A stretch of 64,000 bases of DNA, from contig JAMCUN010000009.1 of NCBI GenBank assembly GCA_023381415.1, positions 26,616-90,615 of the forward strand, read 5' to 3'. Shown piece by piece: positions 1 through 8,880 of the stretch (its first letter is position 1; each line of letters starts with the position of its first letter). Both the position numbers and the translations under genes were made by a program. Below the pieces are notes generated by a model. It had not been told where the DNA came from. It ran no database searches and worked only from the letters and a program-made list of their open reading frames with translations. This DNA is from Thermoplasmatota archaeon. GTDB taxonomy: Archaea; Thermoplasmatota; Thermoplasmata; Thermoplasmatales; GCA-001856825.

Positions 1-45
1 GTTGACACATAGCTGATTGGTTGGTAGCCCAAAAAATAAATAGAT

Positions 46-1383
46 TCAACTGTCCCTTCCCTTCACGACTATCCTCAGACCCTTCCAGCTTACCTTGAAG
101 CCAGCGGCACGCAACCCCTCCTCAGGTGGGATACCCATGAAGTCTAGGTAATCCACCATTGCATTATCATCAGGGTAGAGAGAGTTGAGGTGAGATATCA
201 TCTGGTCTGTTAGCCTGACTGGTGTTACATTGCTTTCATTTGAAATGGACTGTCTGCCAATTGGGCCTGATGGTCTCTGTTTCTCCACTGAATACTTCTG
301 AGCTATGTATTCCCTAACTCTCCACCAATCCACACTTTCCCTGAAGCACATCGCACCCTTTGGACACTTTTCCTTCCCCTCCAGCAGGCAGAACAACTCC
401 GCCTTGATTCCGGATACAGAAATCTGCCTTGCCTTAAGAAGTTCGTCGCCGTAGTATATGAGCGGTGAGATGAATACTGGTACTTCCTTCCCTTCTATAC
501 TTATGGAATAGTCAGGTGTTATGAAGCCACCATCTACGTCAATTGATTTGGGATTCCTGTTCACGAATGAAGGGAGCTGTTCCTCTGGGACTTTCTCTCC
601 TGATGTAAGATCTGATACCGATTCATCAAGATGGTAGAGGAATTCATCCTTTTCCTTTTTCCCTGTGCTGCTCTTCAGGGAGATGGATGCATTGATCTCC
701 CAGTCGTCGTGGGTGAGCACATATCTCACAAAAAGTGCTAGCTTCACACCGTACCTCTCGCTCTTCTCGAATATAGATACAGGACCGTTCACTCTTATGA
801 TGTGCGTCTGAGCATCCATTCTCTCTTCGTAGAGCAGCCCCTTTGACCTTATGCTCCTTATGAAATCGTTGGAATGCGTTGTGGTCGATACTTCTATCCA
901 CAGCGATTTCATGATCACGGTTTCTATCTGTTCAGAGTTGTATTTCTTTGAAAGGATGTCGGATGGTGCATCGAACGGCTTGACAAGGATGAGGTTGCTC
1001 TCCTTGTCCCCATATATTGCCTCGTCCACTTCTTTTGGGGTTGAATTCATCTGTGATGCTATTCTCTCCATTATTTCTTCCCTCTCTTCAGGGTTCACCA
1101 CAGGGTTCCTTGCTATGGAGAATATAGTCTTTCTTACCACCTCTGAATCAAGTGGAGATGGTTTCACGAATTCAGAGGAACGGAACATTATGAGCGCAAG
1201 ACCCCTGAGTATCTTTGGGTTCTGCACCTTCAACTCCATCGTCTTAAGTTCTTCTTCAATTTCACCCCTGCTCTTACCTATGCTCTTTGAGAATAATTCA
1301 ATTATAGAGGAACAGTAGTCGCTGTTCTCCTCAGTAAGGAATATCGACCTCAAGGTTCCCTTTTTGCTCCTCCTAACTGACAT
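46..1383 (-). CDS. bax1: Bax1-type nuclease (DUF790), XPB partner protein
   Basis: ORF lies directly downstream of xpb on the same strand. It overlaps the xpb stop by 11 nt if ATG 1383 is the start; the longest ORF starts at TTG 1428. Size (445-460 aa) and XPB linkage fit archaeal Bax1. The call rests on context; no catalytic motif was verified. Confidence 0.7.
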   Translation of the reverse strand: MSVRRSKKGTLRSIFLTEENSDYCSSIIELFSKSIGKSRGEIEEELKTMELKVQNPKILRGLALIMFRSSEFVKPSPLDSEVVRKTIFSIARNPVVNPEEREEIMERIASQMNSTPKEVDEAIYGDKESNLILVKPFDAPSDILSKKYNSEQIETVIMKSLWIEVSTTTHSNDFIRSIRSKGLLYEERMDAQTHIIRVNGPVSIFEKSERYGVKLALFVRYVLTHDDWEINASISLKSSTGKKEKDEFLYHLDESVSDLTSGEKVPEEQLPSFVNRNPKSIDVDGGFITPDYSISIEGKEVPVFISPLIYYGDELLKARQISVSGIKAELFCLLEGKEKCPKGAMCFRESVDWWRVREYIAQKYSVEKQRPSGPIGRQSISNESNVTPVRLTDQMISHLNSLYPDDNAMVDYLDFMGIPPEEGLRAAGFKVSWKGLRIVVKGRDS

Positions 1384-2710
1384 CAGCTGAGTCGGGAACA
1401 CCCTTCCTCCTCCTTCTTGAAGTGGCAAACTCGCTCGTACCTCTTGCGACTATTTCGTACAGTATGGCTTTCTTGCCTGAAGATGGCCGAAGAAGCCTTC
1501 CTAGCCTCTGCCTGAACTGCCTTGTTGAACCTGAACCGCTGAGTATTATGCCCACTGATGCATCCGGTACGTCCACCCCCTCGTCCAGTACTCTGGAAGT
1601 GGCTATAGAAGTGACGTCACCCCTCCTGAACATATCCAGATATTCTTTCCTCTCAGGTCCTGGGGTGAGATATGTAATGCATGGCATGAGGAATTCTTTT
1701 GATATCAGGTAGGATGTGTTTGTATCTTCAGAGAATATTATCGTCTTCTCTCCCTTATGCTTTGACAGGACGTATCTCACCGTATCTATTTTAACTCTTG
1801 AATTGAATGCTATCGACCTTGCCTTCCTCCACGCTATGAGTGCTTCCCTTCCCTCAGGATTCCATGATGACAAGATGAACCTCTCGAAGTCCCACGGACC
1901 TCTCATCCTCATCCTGTGCTTCCTCAGGTAATTGAGGAACAAATTGTGATTCCTGTCATATTCCTCTTCCTCCTCCTGCTCAAGTTCTACTGGAATCCTT
2001 ATAATCTCGTAATCAGCCAGGAATTCAGTAAGCTCTTCATAACCAAGTTCGAACACCTTTCCTCCCATGAACTGCTTGAGTCTTTCATGGAGCATGTCCG
2101 TCCGTTCATAAGTTGCGGTGAGACCCATCCTGTATGGAGAGGCATACATTCTGGCTATCTCCACGAATCGTTCCGCCGCGAGATGGTGCACCTCGTCCAC
2201 CAGAAGGAATTTGAACCTGTTTCCAAGCTTCTCTGCCATGAGGTATGCAGAATCGTATGTGCTTACAGACACATCCAGTATCTCCTTCTCCCCTCCTCCA
2301 ATCTGTCCAACATCTATGTTGAACGTCTTCTTCAGCTTCTCTCTCCACTGCTGAACAAGCTCTATCGTTGGTGCTATCACAAGGGTGGATGTTGATAGCC
2401 TCGACATCGCCTCCATCCCTATGTGCGTCTTCCCTGCTGCAGTGGGAAGGACGACAACTCCCTGAAATGAATTGGAAGACCACAGATCAACAGCCCTCTT
2501 CTGGTACGACCTCAGTTTCTCCTGATGGTTCAGCTCAGTCTTCCTTTCCTTGAAAACATCATCTTCGGCATCAGGGAAATCAACCTTGAGTCTGGAATAA
2601 AGGTATCCTTCTGTCCGGTAAGAACCGGTCCTCCTGTCGAATGTTGTGTAGTCCGGGACTGAGGTAGGGTCCTTGATTGTTATCGTACCTCCTTCGTAGC
2701 TTATATGCAT
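1373..2710 (-). CDS. xpb: XPB/Rad25 superfamily-2 DNA repair helicase
   Basis: Walker A LPTAAGKTHIG, DEVH box LLVDEVHHL, motif III GLTATYER, C-terminal helicase lobe RVLDEGVDVP and QRLGR. An N-terminal domain of about 60 aa precedes the helicase core, as in archaeal XPB. Confidence 0.9.
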   Translation of the reverse strand: MHISYEGGTITIKDPTSVPDYTTFDRRTGSYRTEGYLYSRLKVDFPDAEDDVFKERKTELNHQEKLRSYQKRAVDLWSSNSFQGVVVLPTAAGKTHIGMEAMSRLSTSTLVIAPTIELVQQWREKLKKTFNIDVGQIGGGEKEILDVSVSTYDSAYLMAEKLGNRFKFLLVDEVHHLAAERFVEIARMYASPYRMGLTATYERTDMLHERLKQFMGGKVFELGYEELTEFLADYEIIRIPVELEQEEEEEYDRNHNLFLNYLRKHRMRMRGPWDFERFILSSWNPEGREALIAWRKARSIAFNSRVKIDTVRYVLSKHKGEKTIIFSEDTNTSYLISKEFLMPCITYLTPGPERKEYLDMFRRGDVTSIATSRVLDEGVDVPDASVGIILSGSGSTRQFRQRLGRLLRPSSGKKAILYEIVARGTSEFATSRRRRKGVPDSADVS

Positions 2711-2847
2711 CTTCTTAGAATATCTTCTAGAATCTATTTAAGGGTTGCTGGGTTGAATAAAGCCACAGAACTTTGACCCCCTTCAGATACTATTGCAAGT
2801 TTAGTTGTTTGCCCTTCACTTAATTGAAACGGGATACTTTCAAAAAT

Positions 2848-3498
2848 TCATCTCCTGAATCTTGGATCAGTTACATCTCTCAAACCGTCCCCTAGCAAAT
2901 TCAAGCTTACCACCAAAATCAGTATTGTAAATCCTGGTATTAGGACAGTCCACCAGTACTTTGTGAGAGCGGGAGTACCTCCTCCAAGATCCTTAGCTAG
3001 CCCGATCAGGTTCCACCACTCAAGTGTCGAATAGCCTGCAAAACCGACACCGAAATAGAATAGAGCGGCAATTGTAAGAATGACATTGCCAAAGTCAAGC
3101 GATATTTGCACGAATATTGGATAGATCGAATTCGGAATTATGTGCTTCAAAACAGTCCTCAGAGGAGAAGATCCTGAAGCTACTGATGCCTCTACATATT
3201 TCAACTCCCTTACTGAAAGGACTTGCCCCCTCACAATCCTTGTGTATGTGGGCCACCATACCACTACTAGGGCTATTATCATTACCGTCAGGTTGCGACC
3301 GAACACTGTAAGAAAGGCAATTGCTAGCACTAGAAAAGGAACAGAGAGGAACATGTCTGTGATTCTCATTATCACGTCTCCAATAATCCCACCTTTGTAC
3401 CCGGCCACGCTTCCCAGCAACACTCCAACAAGCGCGCCGCTGATGGATTCCGTAAGTATTAATAGCGGTTTTAACCTAGGCCCGATTATGGCGGACAA
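2848..3498 (-). pseudogene. N-terminally truncated ABC peptide-transport permease (OppC/DppC-like) fragment
   Basis: Binding-protein-dependent permease core is present: IMRITDMFLSVPFLVLAIA, WWPTYTRIVRGQVLSVRELKYVEA. The frame opens right after an in-frame TAA with only a TTG as possible start. It lacks the first 70-90 aa, including TM1, of full-length OppC. No oppA/B/D/F gene is nearby. Confidence 0.6.
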
Positions 3499-4138
3499 TT
3501 ACGGGACTGAACCCCAATTAGGTCTGCAGAATAGTGAAGTGATGAATGCCCTTAGAAACATCATGACATTCTCGATTCTGTCGATGGTCGGGTTCCTTAT
3601 AGACCTAGCTGCATTCATAATTACCATCTTCTCATTTGGTGAGATACTATCCAGGATTTCTTCTCCCTCAAGTATCACGACTGCTTTAGGTGCAACCTTT
3701 TTGGCAATAATAGCCACGGTCATATCATCAGCCATTATTCTGGTGGTCTCATTCATATTCCTAAGGTCCGGGTACAAGACACTCAAAGGTGTATCTGAGA
3801 GATTCAGTTCACCTTATACAGGGACAAACCTGTTCTTCATAGGCCTTATACTAACAGTAGTGGGGGCATTGTTAGCGTTAGGAAGCGCGTTAGCAGTATC
3901 CCCTGGATTGATCATTGTCTCACTAGTAATTATATTTGCAGCCATAATAATTGCATTCATCGGACAGATCCTTGGTCTTATCCTTGGTTCGTTCAGGCTG
4001 AAGGATTTCTTCAAGGAATCAACGTTCAGCGCTGCTGGCATACTCTACATTGTCGGAATCTTCTTCGCTATATTCAGCCTGGTAGGCTCAATACTTCTGT
4101 ACGTCGGAACAAAATCAGTCATGAAACGCTTCAAGTAA
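3488..4138 (+). CDS. polytopic membrane protein of unknown function (DUF973-like by overall pattern)
   Basis: The hydrophobic, repeat-like TM-rich C-terminal 200 aa of the 3140..4138 ORF look coding. The first 116 codons are antisense to the permease fragment and look non-coding, so ATG 3488 (or ATG 3542) is taken as the start. Confidence 0.45.
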   Translation: MADNYGTEPQLGLQNSEVMNALRNIMTFSILSMVGFLIDLAAFIITIFSFGEILSRISSPSSITTALGATFLAIIATVISSAIILVVSFIFLRSGYKTLKGVSERFSSPYTGTNLFFIGLILTVVGALLALGSALAVSPGLIIVSLVIIFAAIIIAFIGQILGLILGSFRLKDFFKESTFSAAGILYIVGIFFAIFSLVGSILLYVGTKSVMKRFK

Positions 4139-4231
4139 ATGGAGATACAGAAGGAGGGTTACTTTTTAAAATATGGTAGAAAAGCGTTTCTCTAATTCTG
4201 CCTCGTTCGTCAGTGTAGATGGTGGGGACAG

Positions 4232-4999
4232 TCAGTTTGAATTCTTTATTCTGTCATCTTGGGACTTTTGATCCTTCCTCAAAACTTGTGCTGCGTAGAC
4301 CGCGTAGTAAACGGATGTGAATGCCAAAATTGCGAAAAGAGCATCCCTGTTAGAGTAATCGTATTTTGGGGATAGTATGTACACTCCATAATAACCTATG
4401 TACTCCAGAAGTGCGTACCTTATCCCGAATCCAAGTGTTGTTGCAGCCATGTAAGGAACAACCCTCATCTTTAGCGTTCCAGCTGCAAAAGCGGCAACCG
4501 AATAGAAGTAAGGTATGAACGTTGCCATGAATATTGAGAAGTTCCCATGATCCAGCAACCATCTCTCTGCTACCTCAATATTCCCCTCCTTGATCCTCAT
4601 TATTGAAAGGACCTTAAGCATGATAGGTCTGGCAGCGAACCGACCCGCCAGATATTCTATTGGTAGTATTGCTCCCGCAAGGGCAACAAAGAAGACTATC
4701 ACGGGGTTGAAGACGTGGATAGAACTCAGGTATCCAAACAGGGGGACTGTTATGAAATCTGGAATGGGAAGGAGACGGAGAATGAACACCCCAACATATC
4801 CTGCCAGAAGGTGTGAATACGGGATTTGTTGATTTGTGGAGTGGTATGACGTTATATTTAAGAACCTGAAATATGCATTTGCGAGGCCTACTGCAGATAT
4901 TGCGGTGAGAGTGAAGCTTACTGTCAGCCCGTAATGCCAGTACTTGCTTCTCTTTACCCTGATCCCGTCAATTGCGCTGAGCCGGCCCTTGACTTGCAA
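4232..4999 (-). CDS. DedA / VTT-domain (SNARE-associated) membrane protein
   Basis: Pattern HGNFSIFMATFIPYFYSVAAFAAGTLKM...LGFGIRYALLEYIGY parallels the DedA core (HG..alligRFi...R...p..aG). Multiple TM segments. TTG start. Confidence 0.6.
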   Translation of the reverse strand: MQVKGRLSAIDGIRVKRSKYWHYGLTVSFTLTAISAVGLANAYFRFLNITSYHSTNQQIPYSHLLAGYVGVFILRLLPIPDFITVPLFGYLSSIHVFNPVIVFFVALAGAILPIEYLAGRFAARPIMLKVLSIMRIKEGNIEVAERWLLDHGNFSIFMATFIPYFYSVAAFAAGTLKMRVVPYMAATTLGFGIRYALLEYIGYYGVYILSPKYDYSNRDALFAILAFTSVYYAVYAAQVLRKDQKSQDDRIKNSN

Positions 5000-5078
5000 G
5001 CTTCAAGTCGCCCCCGCCTATTGATGCCCTCTGGATATAAACGGGTATCTTAGATTGTTTGAACAGCAATTGTTGATT

Positions 5079-7085
5079 TCACCAGATTGTGATTATTCCT
5101 CTTCCAGTTGTCTTAGGATCGCTAGGATGTTTGAAGTTATCACCGAACTTGTAATGTACAACCACAGGTATTTCACCCCTGAATTTCTCTGGAGAATGAG
5201 GATCGTTTGATATCTGCCATTTTACCGATTCTTCCCGCACGTTGGCCCTCCAGCTTTGGGCCCAGCTGATGTAGAACCTTTGCTCAGGCGTAAGACCGTC
5301 TATTTCCCTTCTCAGTTCTGGATTCCTCCCAAGTTTCCTCTGCAATGCTTCGTATGCTATGCTTATCCCTCCAATATCTGCTATATTCTCTCCTAAAGTC
5401 AGTTCTCCATTCACCCGCAGCCCTGGCAGCGCCTCCAGTTCTCCGTAAAGATTCACCACTGTCTTCGCCCTCCTTTCAAACTCTTCTGCATCTTCCTTAG
5501 ACCACCAGTCCTTCAGGTTTCCATCCAGATCATACTTCCTGCCCTCATCGTCAAATCCGTGAGTAATCTCGTGAGCTATGATTCCGCCTGTTGCTCCGTA
5601 GTTCACCGCATCATCCATTGTAGGGTCAAAGAATGGCGGCTGCAGGATCCCAGCTGGAAAGACAATCTCATTCTTTGTTGGCGAAAAGTATGCATTTACC
5701 GTCGGGGGAGTCATCTCCCAAAGTTCCCTGTCCACCGGTTTATTGACCCTCCTGATTTCCCTCTCGAACTCGAATGCGTTACACCTGATTATGTTGCCAA
5801 AGAAATCGTCAGGGGAGATTTTGATGGATGAATAATCGATGAACTTATTCGGATATCCGATCTTGGCCCTGAACTTGCCGAATTTCTCCAATGCTGTCCT
5901 CTTCGTCTTTTCTGACATCCAGTCAAGTTTCGATAGCTTGTCTGAAAAAACCTCCCTGAGATCGTTAACCAGCTCCTCCATCTTAGCCTTCGACTCTTTC
6001 GTGAATTCCCTCTCCACATATAGCTTCCCCAGAGCTTCGCCCAGAAGCATATCTGTCAGCTGTACAACCTGCTTCCACCTCCTCTCTTCCCTCGGCCTTC
6101 CAAATAGCTTCCTTTCATAGAAGTCAAAATATTCTTCCCTCACTTCCTTGCTGAGGAATGGGGAAGCAAAGTGAAGGAGCTTCCAGGTGAGGTACGTCTT
6201 CCAGTCTTCGATCTTGACAGTATCCAGCATCGCCCCAAGGTTCGAAAAGAATTCGGGCTGTCTTATTACTATCTGGTCAACTTGAGGGAGGCCTATTTCT
6301 GAGAAGTATCTCTTGATGCCGAGCCTTGGGACCGCCCTTTCGAGTTCTGTGAACAGGAATCTGTTGTAGTTCCTCTCCGGATCCCTCAGCTCGACGGGAG
6401 TCCTGCTTGACCTGGCAAGTGCCAGTTCAATGCTGAATACTGTTTCAGCTGACCTTTCTGCATTCTCTCTGCTTTGCCCGTAAAGGCTGAAAATGTTTGC
6501 CACGTGCTTTCTGTAATCTTTTCTGATTCTCTCAAATGTATCTAGGAGGTAGTAGTCCCTGTTCGGTAGGGAGAGACCCCCCTGTTCCAGATAATAAGTA
6601 TATAAGGAGCTGTTCTTTTCGTCAGAATCTGATGAGAAAGAAAACATGGCCGGAAGTCCATTATGGTGTAATTTTGATACCACTGGGGCAATGTCGTCCA
6701 CAGTCTCAATGCCCTCTATGATCTCGGCAAAAACCATTATCGACTGGAATTTCAGTTCGTCTATCCTTGCCGTGTCCATTGCTGACAGATAGAATGATCC
6801 AAGCTGCTTACTGATGGGATCATCGTTTTTGTCACTAAACGCACAATCCTCAAGGATCTTCCCCAGGACATATCTGTTCTTGTCCACCAGTTCCATAAAC
6901 GCACTCCACTGCGTCTTGTCCTCGGGGATTGGATGCGTTCTTATCCAGTTTCCATTGCTATAGGTATAGAAGCTATCGTGGGGGAGGACCGATTTATCCA
7001 TATAATCTACTGAAAATCTTGGATTATCCGGCTTCTCGTTTGGCGCAATTTTCTCAATCCGTCCCCTTACATCTTCAAAATTCAT
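5079..7085 (-). CDS. M13 family zinc metalloendopeptidase (neprilysin/PepO-like)
   Basis: HExxH zinc site HEITHGFDDEG, downstream GENIADIGG (third ligand Glu region), NAYFSP motif. 668 aa is typical of M13. Confidence 0.85.
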   Translation of the reverse strand: MNFEDVRGRIEKIAPNEKPDNPRFSVDYMDKSVLPHDSFYTYSNGNWIRTHPIPEDKTQWSAFMELVDKNRYVLGKILEDCAFSDKNDDPISKQLGSFYLSAMDTARIDELKFQSIMVFAEIIEGIETVDDIAPVVSKLHHNGLPAMFSFSSDSDEKNSSLYTYYLEQGGLSLPNRDYYLLDTFERIRKDYRKHVANIFSLYGQSRENAERSAETVFSIELALARSSRTPVELRDPERNYNRFLFTELERAVPRLGIKRYFSEIGLPQVDQIVIRQPEFFSNLGAMLDTVKIEDWKTYLTWKLLHFASPFLSKEVREEYFDFYERKLFGRPREERRWKQVVQLTDMLLGEALGKLYVEREFTKESKAKMEELVNDLREVFSDKLSKLDWMSEKTKRTALEKFGKFRAKIGYPNKFIDYSSIKISPDDFFGNIIRCNAFEFEREIRRVNKPVDRELWEMTPPTVNAYFSPTKNEIVFPAGILQPPFFDPTMDDAVNYGATGGIIAHEITHGFDDEGRKYDLDGNLKDWWSKEDAEEFERRAKTVVNLYGELEALPGLRVNGELTLGENIADIGGISIAYEALQRKLGRNPELRREIDGLTPEQRFYISWAQSWRANVREESVKWQISNDPHSPEKFRGEIPVVVHYKFGDNFKHPSDPKTTGRGIITIW

Positions 7086-7281
7086 GGAAATTGATTGACT
7101 GATTAGATTAAGTTATTTCTCATGATTCCGCTTTGGGGACTCATTCGCTCAATGTACAAAATTTGACGTTCCATTTATGACTCCGACTTTTCACCCAGCA
7201 ATAATGAACTCTCCAAAAATAGAAGGCGTCTGGAAACAATGGAAACGTTGAGCCTTCCATTTCCAACATCGGAAAAGGAGA

Positions 7282-7518
7282 ATGATAGGTTTTGAATTGC
7301 CCCTACAAAACGCTAATATACTAATTTCGAGTGGAAAAAACATGGCAGAAGAAGAATCCATCATAGAAAGTTTCATTAGAGCGATAGAAGGAACACAGAG
7401 TTCAGCGGAGTTCAACTTTGACGGCCTGACAGTCAAGCTGTCTGGCACAGTTTCTATAGTTGTTAATGGGAAGGTAACCATAACTGCTCGGCCGGTCCAT
7501 GACAGGGACAAGGCTTAG
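7282..7518 (+). CDS. small hypothetical protein (78 aa; 58 aa if ATG 7342)
   Basis: Purine-rich AAAGGAGA directly 5' of ATG 7282. Beta-strand-like C-terminal half (FNFDGLTVKLSGTVSIVVNGKVTITA). No family recognised. Confidence 0.35.
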   Translation: MIGFELPLQNANILISSGKNMAEEESIIESFIRAIEGTQSSAEFNFDGLTVKLSGTVSIVVNGKVTITARPVHDRDKA

Positions 7519-7822
7519 GTACCCACAGCTGGATGGTTCGGCCAGGGTCTTATTGAGCGGGAAGGAGTTCTCAATTCGTTTTGAAGGCAGGGCCATATCC
7601 ATATTGGGGAATGAAGAGAACTACTCGTCGTTAATCCCGAAGCTTCCTTTCAGACTCAGGAACTTAAGTCTTTTGAGAAAAATGTCCAAACAAATTTCTG
7701 ATCTTGAATTTACCCTAAAAGTGGAGGATGAGAAGGGTGTCATGCTATCCTTGGGGAAAGGTGTGATCACTCCTCTGGGTCATTTCTCGTTCAGGCCTAG
7801 AATAAGAAAGTACCTGAAATGA
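7499..7822 (+). CDS. small hypothetical protein (107 aa)
   Basis: The ATG lies 20 nt inside the end of the preceding ORF, in another frame (operon-style overlap). Basic C terminus. No family recognised. Confidence 0.35.
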   Translation: MTGTRLRYPQLDGSARVLLSGKEFSIRFEGRAISILGNEENYSSLIPKLPFRLRNLSLLRKMSKQISDLEFTLKVEDEKGVMLSLGKGVITPLGHFSFRPRIRKYLK

Positions 7823-7842
7823 TATAGACTGCTCGTCAAGAC

Positions 7843-7858
7843 ACTGCAGGAATGCAGT
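7843..7858. terminator. hairpin ACTGCA-GGAA-TGCAGT between convergent genes
   Basis: Perfect 6-bp stem with a GGAA loop, 21 nt after the stop of 7499..7822. A second ACTGC copy at 7828..7832 could pair alternatively. Function not established. Confidence 0.25.
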
Positions 7859-7903
7859 CTGCTACAGTATCAAAAGATGGAGTGGAATTTGAAAAGCTCG
7901 ATT

Positions 7904-8248
7904 TCAGGATTTTATCGATGGGTTCGCTTCCATCTTTTTGTTCAGTTCACTCGCCAGGGCTTCCTCCGGTATCTTTCTGACAGTATCCCTTAGATAATCA
8001 ATGCCCTCAGGGTAAGAGATGGCGTTCCAGAGGCACGATACCTAACAGTTATTGCAACCGACCATGCAGTTATCCGGATTGAGAACCACTGCCTTTCTTA
8101 AGCTTCTGTCATAGCCGAATACATTCCTCTTTTCACCGCATGTCACAACACACATTCCGCAACCTGTGCACTTTTTAGGATCAACGATTGGATGCCAGTT
8201 TATATCACTCCTGCTCTTTCCATGCCAGGTCGCCAGTTCACTGACCAT
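7904..8248 (-). pseudogene. 2x[4Fe-4S] ferredoxin-like paralog interrupted by an in-frame TAG (8042..8044)
   Basis: The 68-aa ORF ends ...NPDNCMVGCNNC-TAG. The same frame continues VSCLWNAISYPEG... for 45 codons to TGA 7904..7906. This aligns with CTTCGKLCPENAISFP of the neighbouring paralog. Confidence 0.6.
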
Positions 8249-8639
8249 ATTTTAGCTCACTTCCTTCGTTCACATCGTGATCAGGAAATTTTGACAGCCT
8301 CCCCTCAAGCTCTTGTTTCACTGCAGGGAAGACTTTGTACTTGATTGTAGCTGCTCTGATGAAAGTCTTTGGATCGCATGGAAATGAAATCGCATTTTCT
8401 GGACAGAGTTTACCGCAGGTGGTGCATCCGAGCACACAGTTCTGGGGATTTGCAACCACTGGCCTGTGAGCACCGACGTTCCACTTGAATACGGAGTTTC
8501 CGCAAGTCAGAACACAAATCGAACAACCGCTGCAGGAGTTACTGGATATTTTTGGATACCAGGTCAATTCATCTCTTTTCACGCCGTGCCAAAGCTTCTT
8601 ACCTGACTCGTTGAGATTGGATTGAATACCTGTTGTCAT
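8238..8639 (-). CDS. 2x[4Fe-4S] ferredoxin-domain protein
   Basis: Two Cys clusters, CSGCSICVLTCG and CVLGCTTCGKLCP, preceded by a WHG...W.P motif. 133 aa. Confidence 0.8.
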   Translation of the reverse strand: MTTGIQSNLNESGKKLWHGVKRDELTWYPKISSNSCSGCSICVLTCGNSVFKWNVGAHRPVVANPQNCVLGCTTCGKLCPENAISFPCDPKTFIRAATIKYKVFPAVKQELEGRLSKFPDHDVNEGSELKYGQ

Positions 8640-8645
8640 ACTTCC

Positions 8646-8662
8646 ATATCATATTATGATAT
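8646..8662. promoter_or_regulatory. perfect 8-1-8 palindrome ATATCATA-T-TATGATAT, candidate operator
   Basis: Lies 7-23 nt upstream of the ferredoxin ATG (8639) and just downstream of an ATTAAAATAT TATA-like box (minus-strand sense). Its half-site recurs in the acr3 operon promoter. Confidence 0.35.
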
Positions 8663-8880
8663 TTTAATTTGAGGATTCTAATTCTCACGCCAGAACCCTC
8701 CCCAGCATATTGATAATCCCAACGCTTGTATCTATTGAAATAGAAACGATAAAGCTTGAACCTCAAGAGTGCTCCTAGCCCTTAATTTGAAGTGCTCTCT
8801 TGGTAAGAAATCAGCGCCTGTGCCGTTACCGTCAATGTCCTTGCTCTAAAAATCGATTCATTTTCTTCAATGCAGCTACT

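Noticed and set aside
3140-3487. N-terminal 116 codons of the 332-aa + strand ORF
   Set aside because: This part is exactly antisense to the well-supported permease core and has odd composition (T/P/R-rich). Only the hydrophobic part from ATG 3488 onward looks coding.
7282-7822. Programmed frameshift fusing the two small ORFs
   Set aside because: There is no slippery heptamer at the 7499..7518 overlap. An internal ATG with operon-style overlap explains the arrangement. A frameshift error cannot be excluded without reads.
7904-8248. Pyrrolysine (TAG) decoding as the explanation for the in-frame TAG in the ferredoxin paralog
   Set aside because: TAG terminates several clearly complete, highly conserved genes in this window (xpb, rpoD, both oxidoreductase subunits, GGGP synthase, radical SAM). 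No pyl or methylamine methyltransferase genes are visible. The paralog has Gly at that position. A nonsense mutation or sequencing error is more likely.
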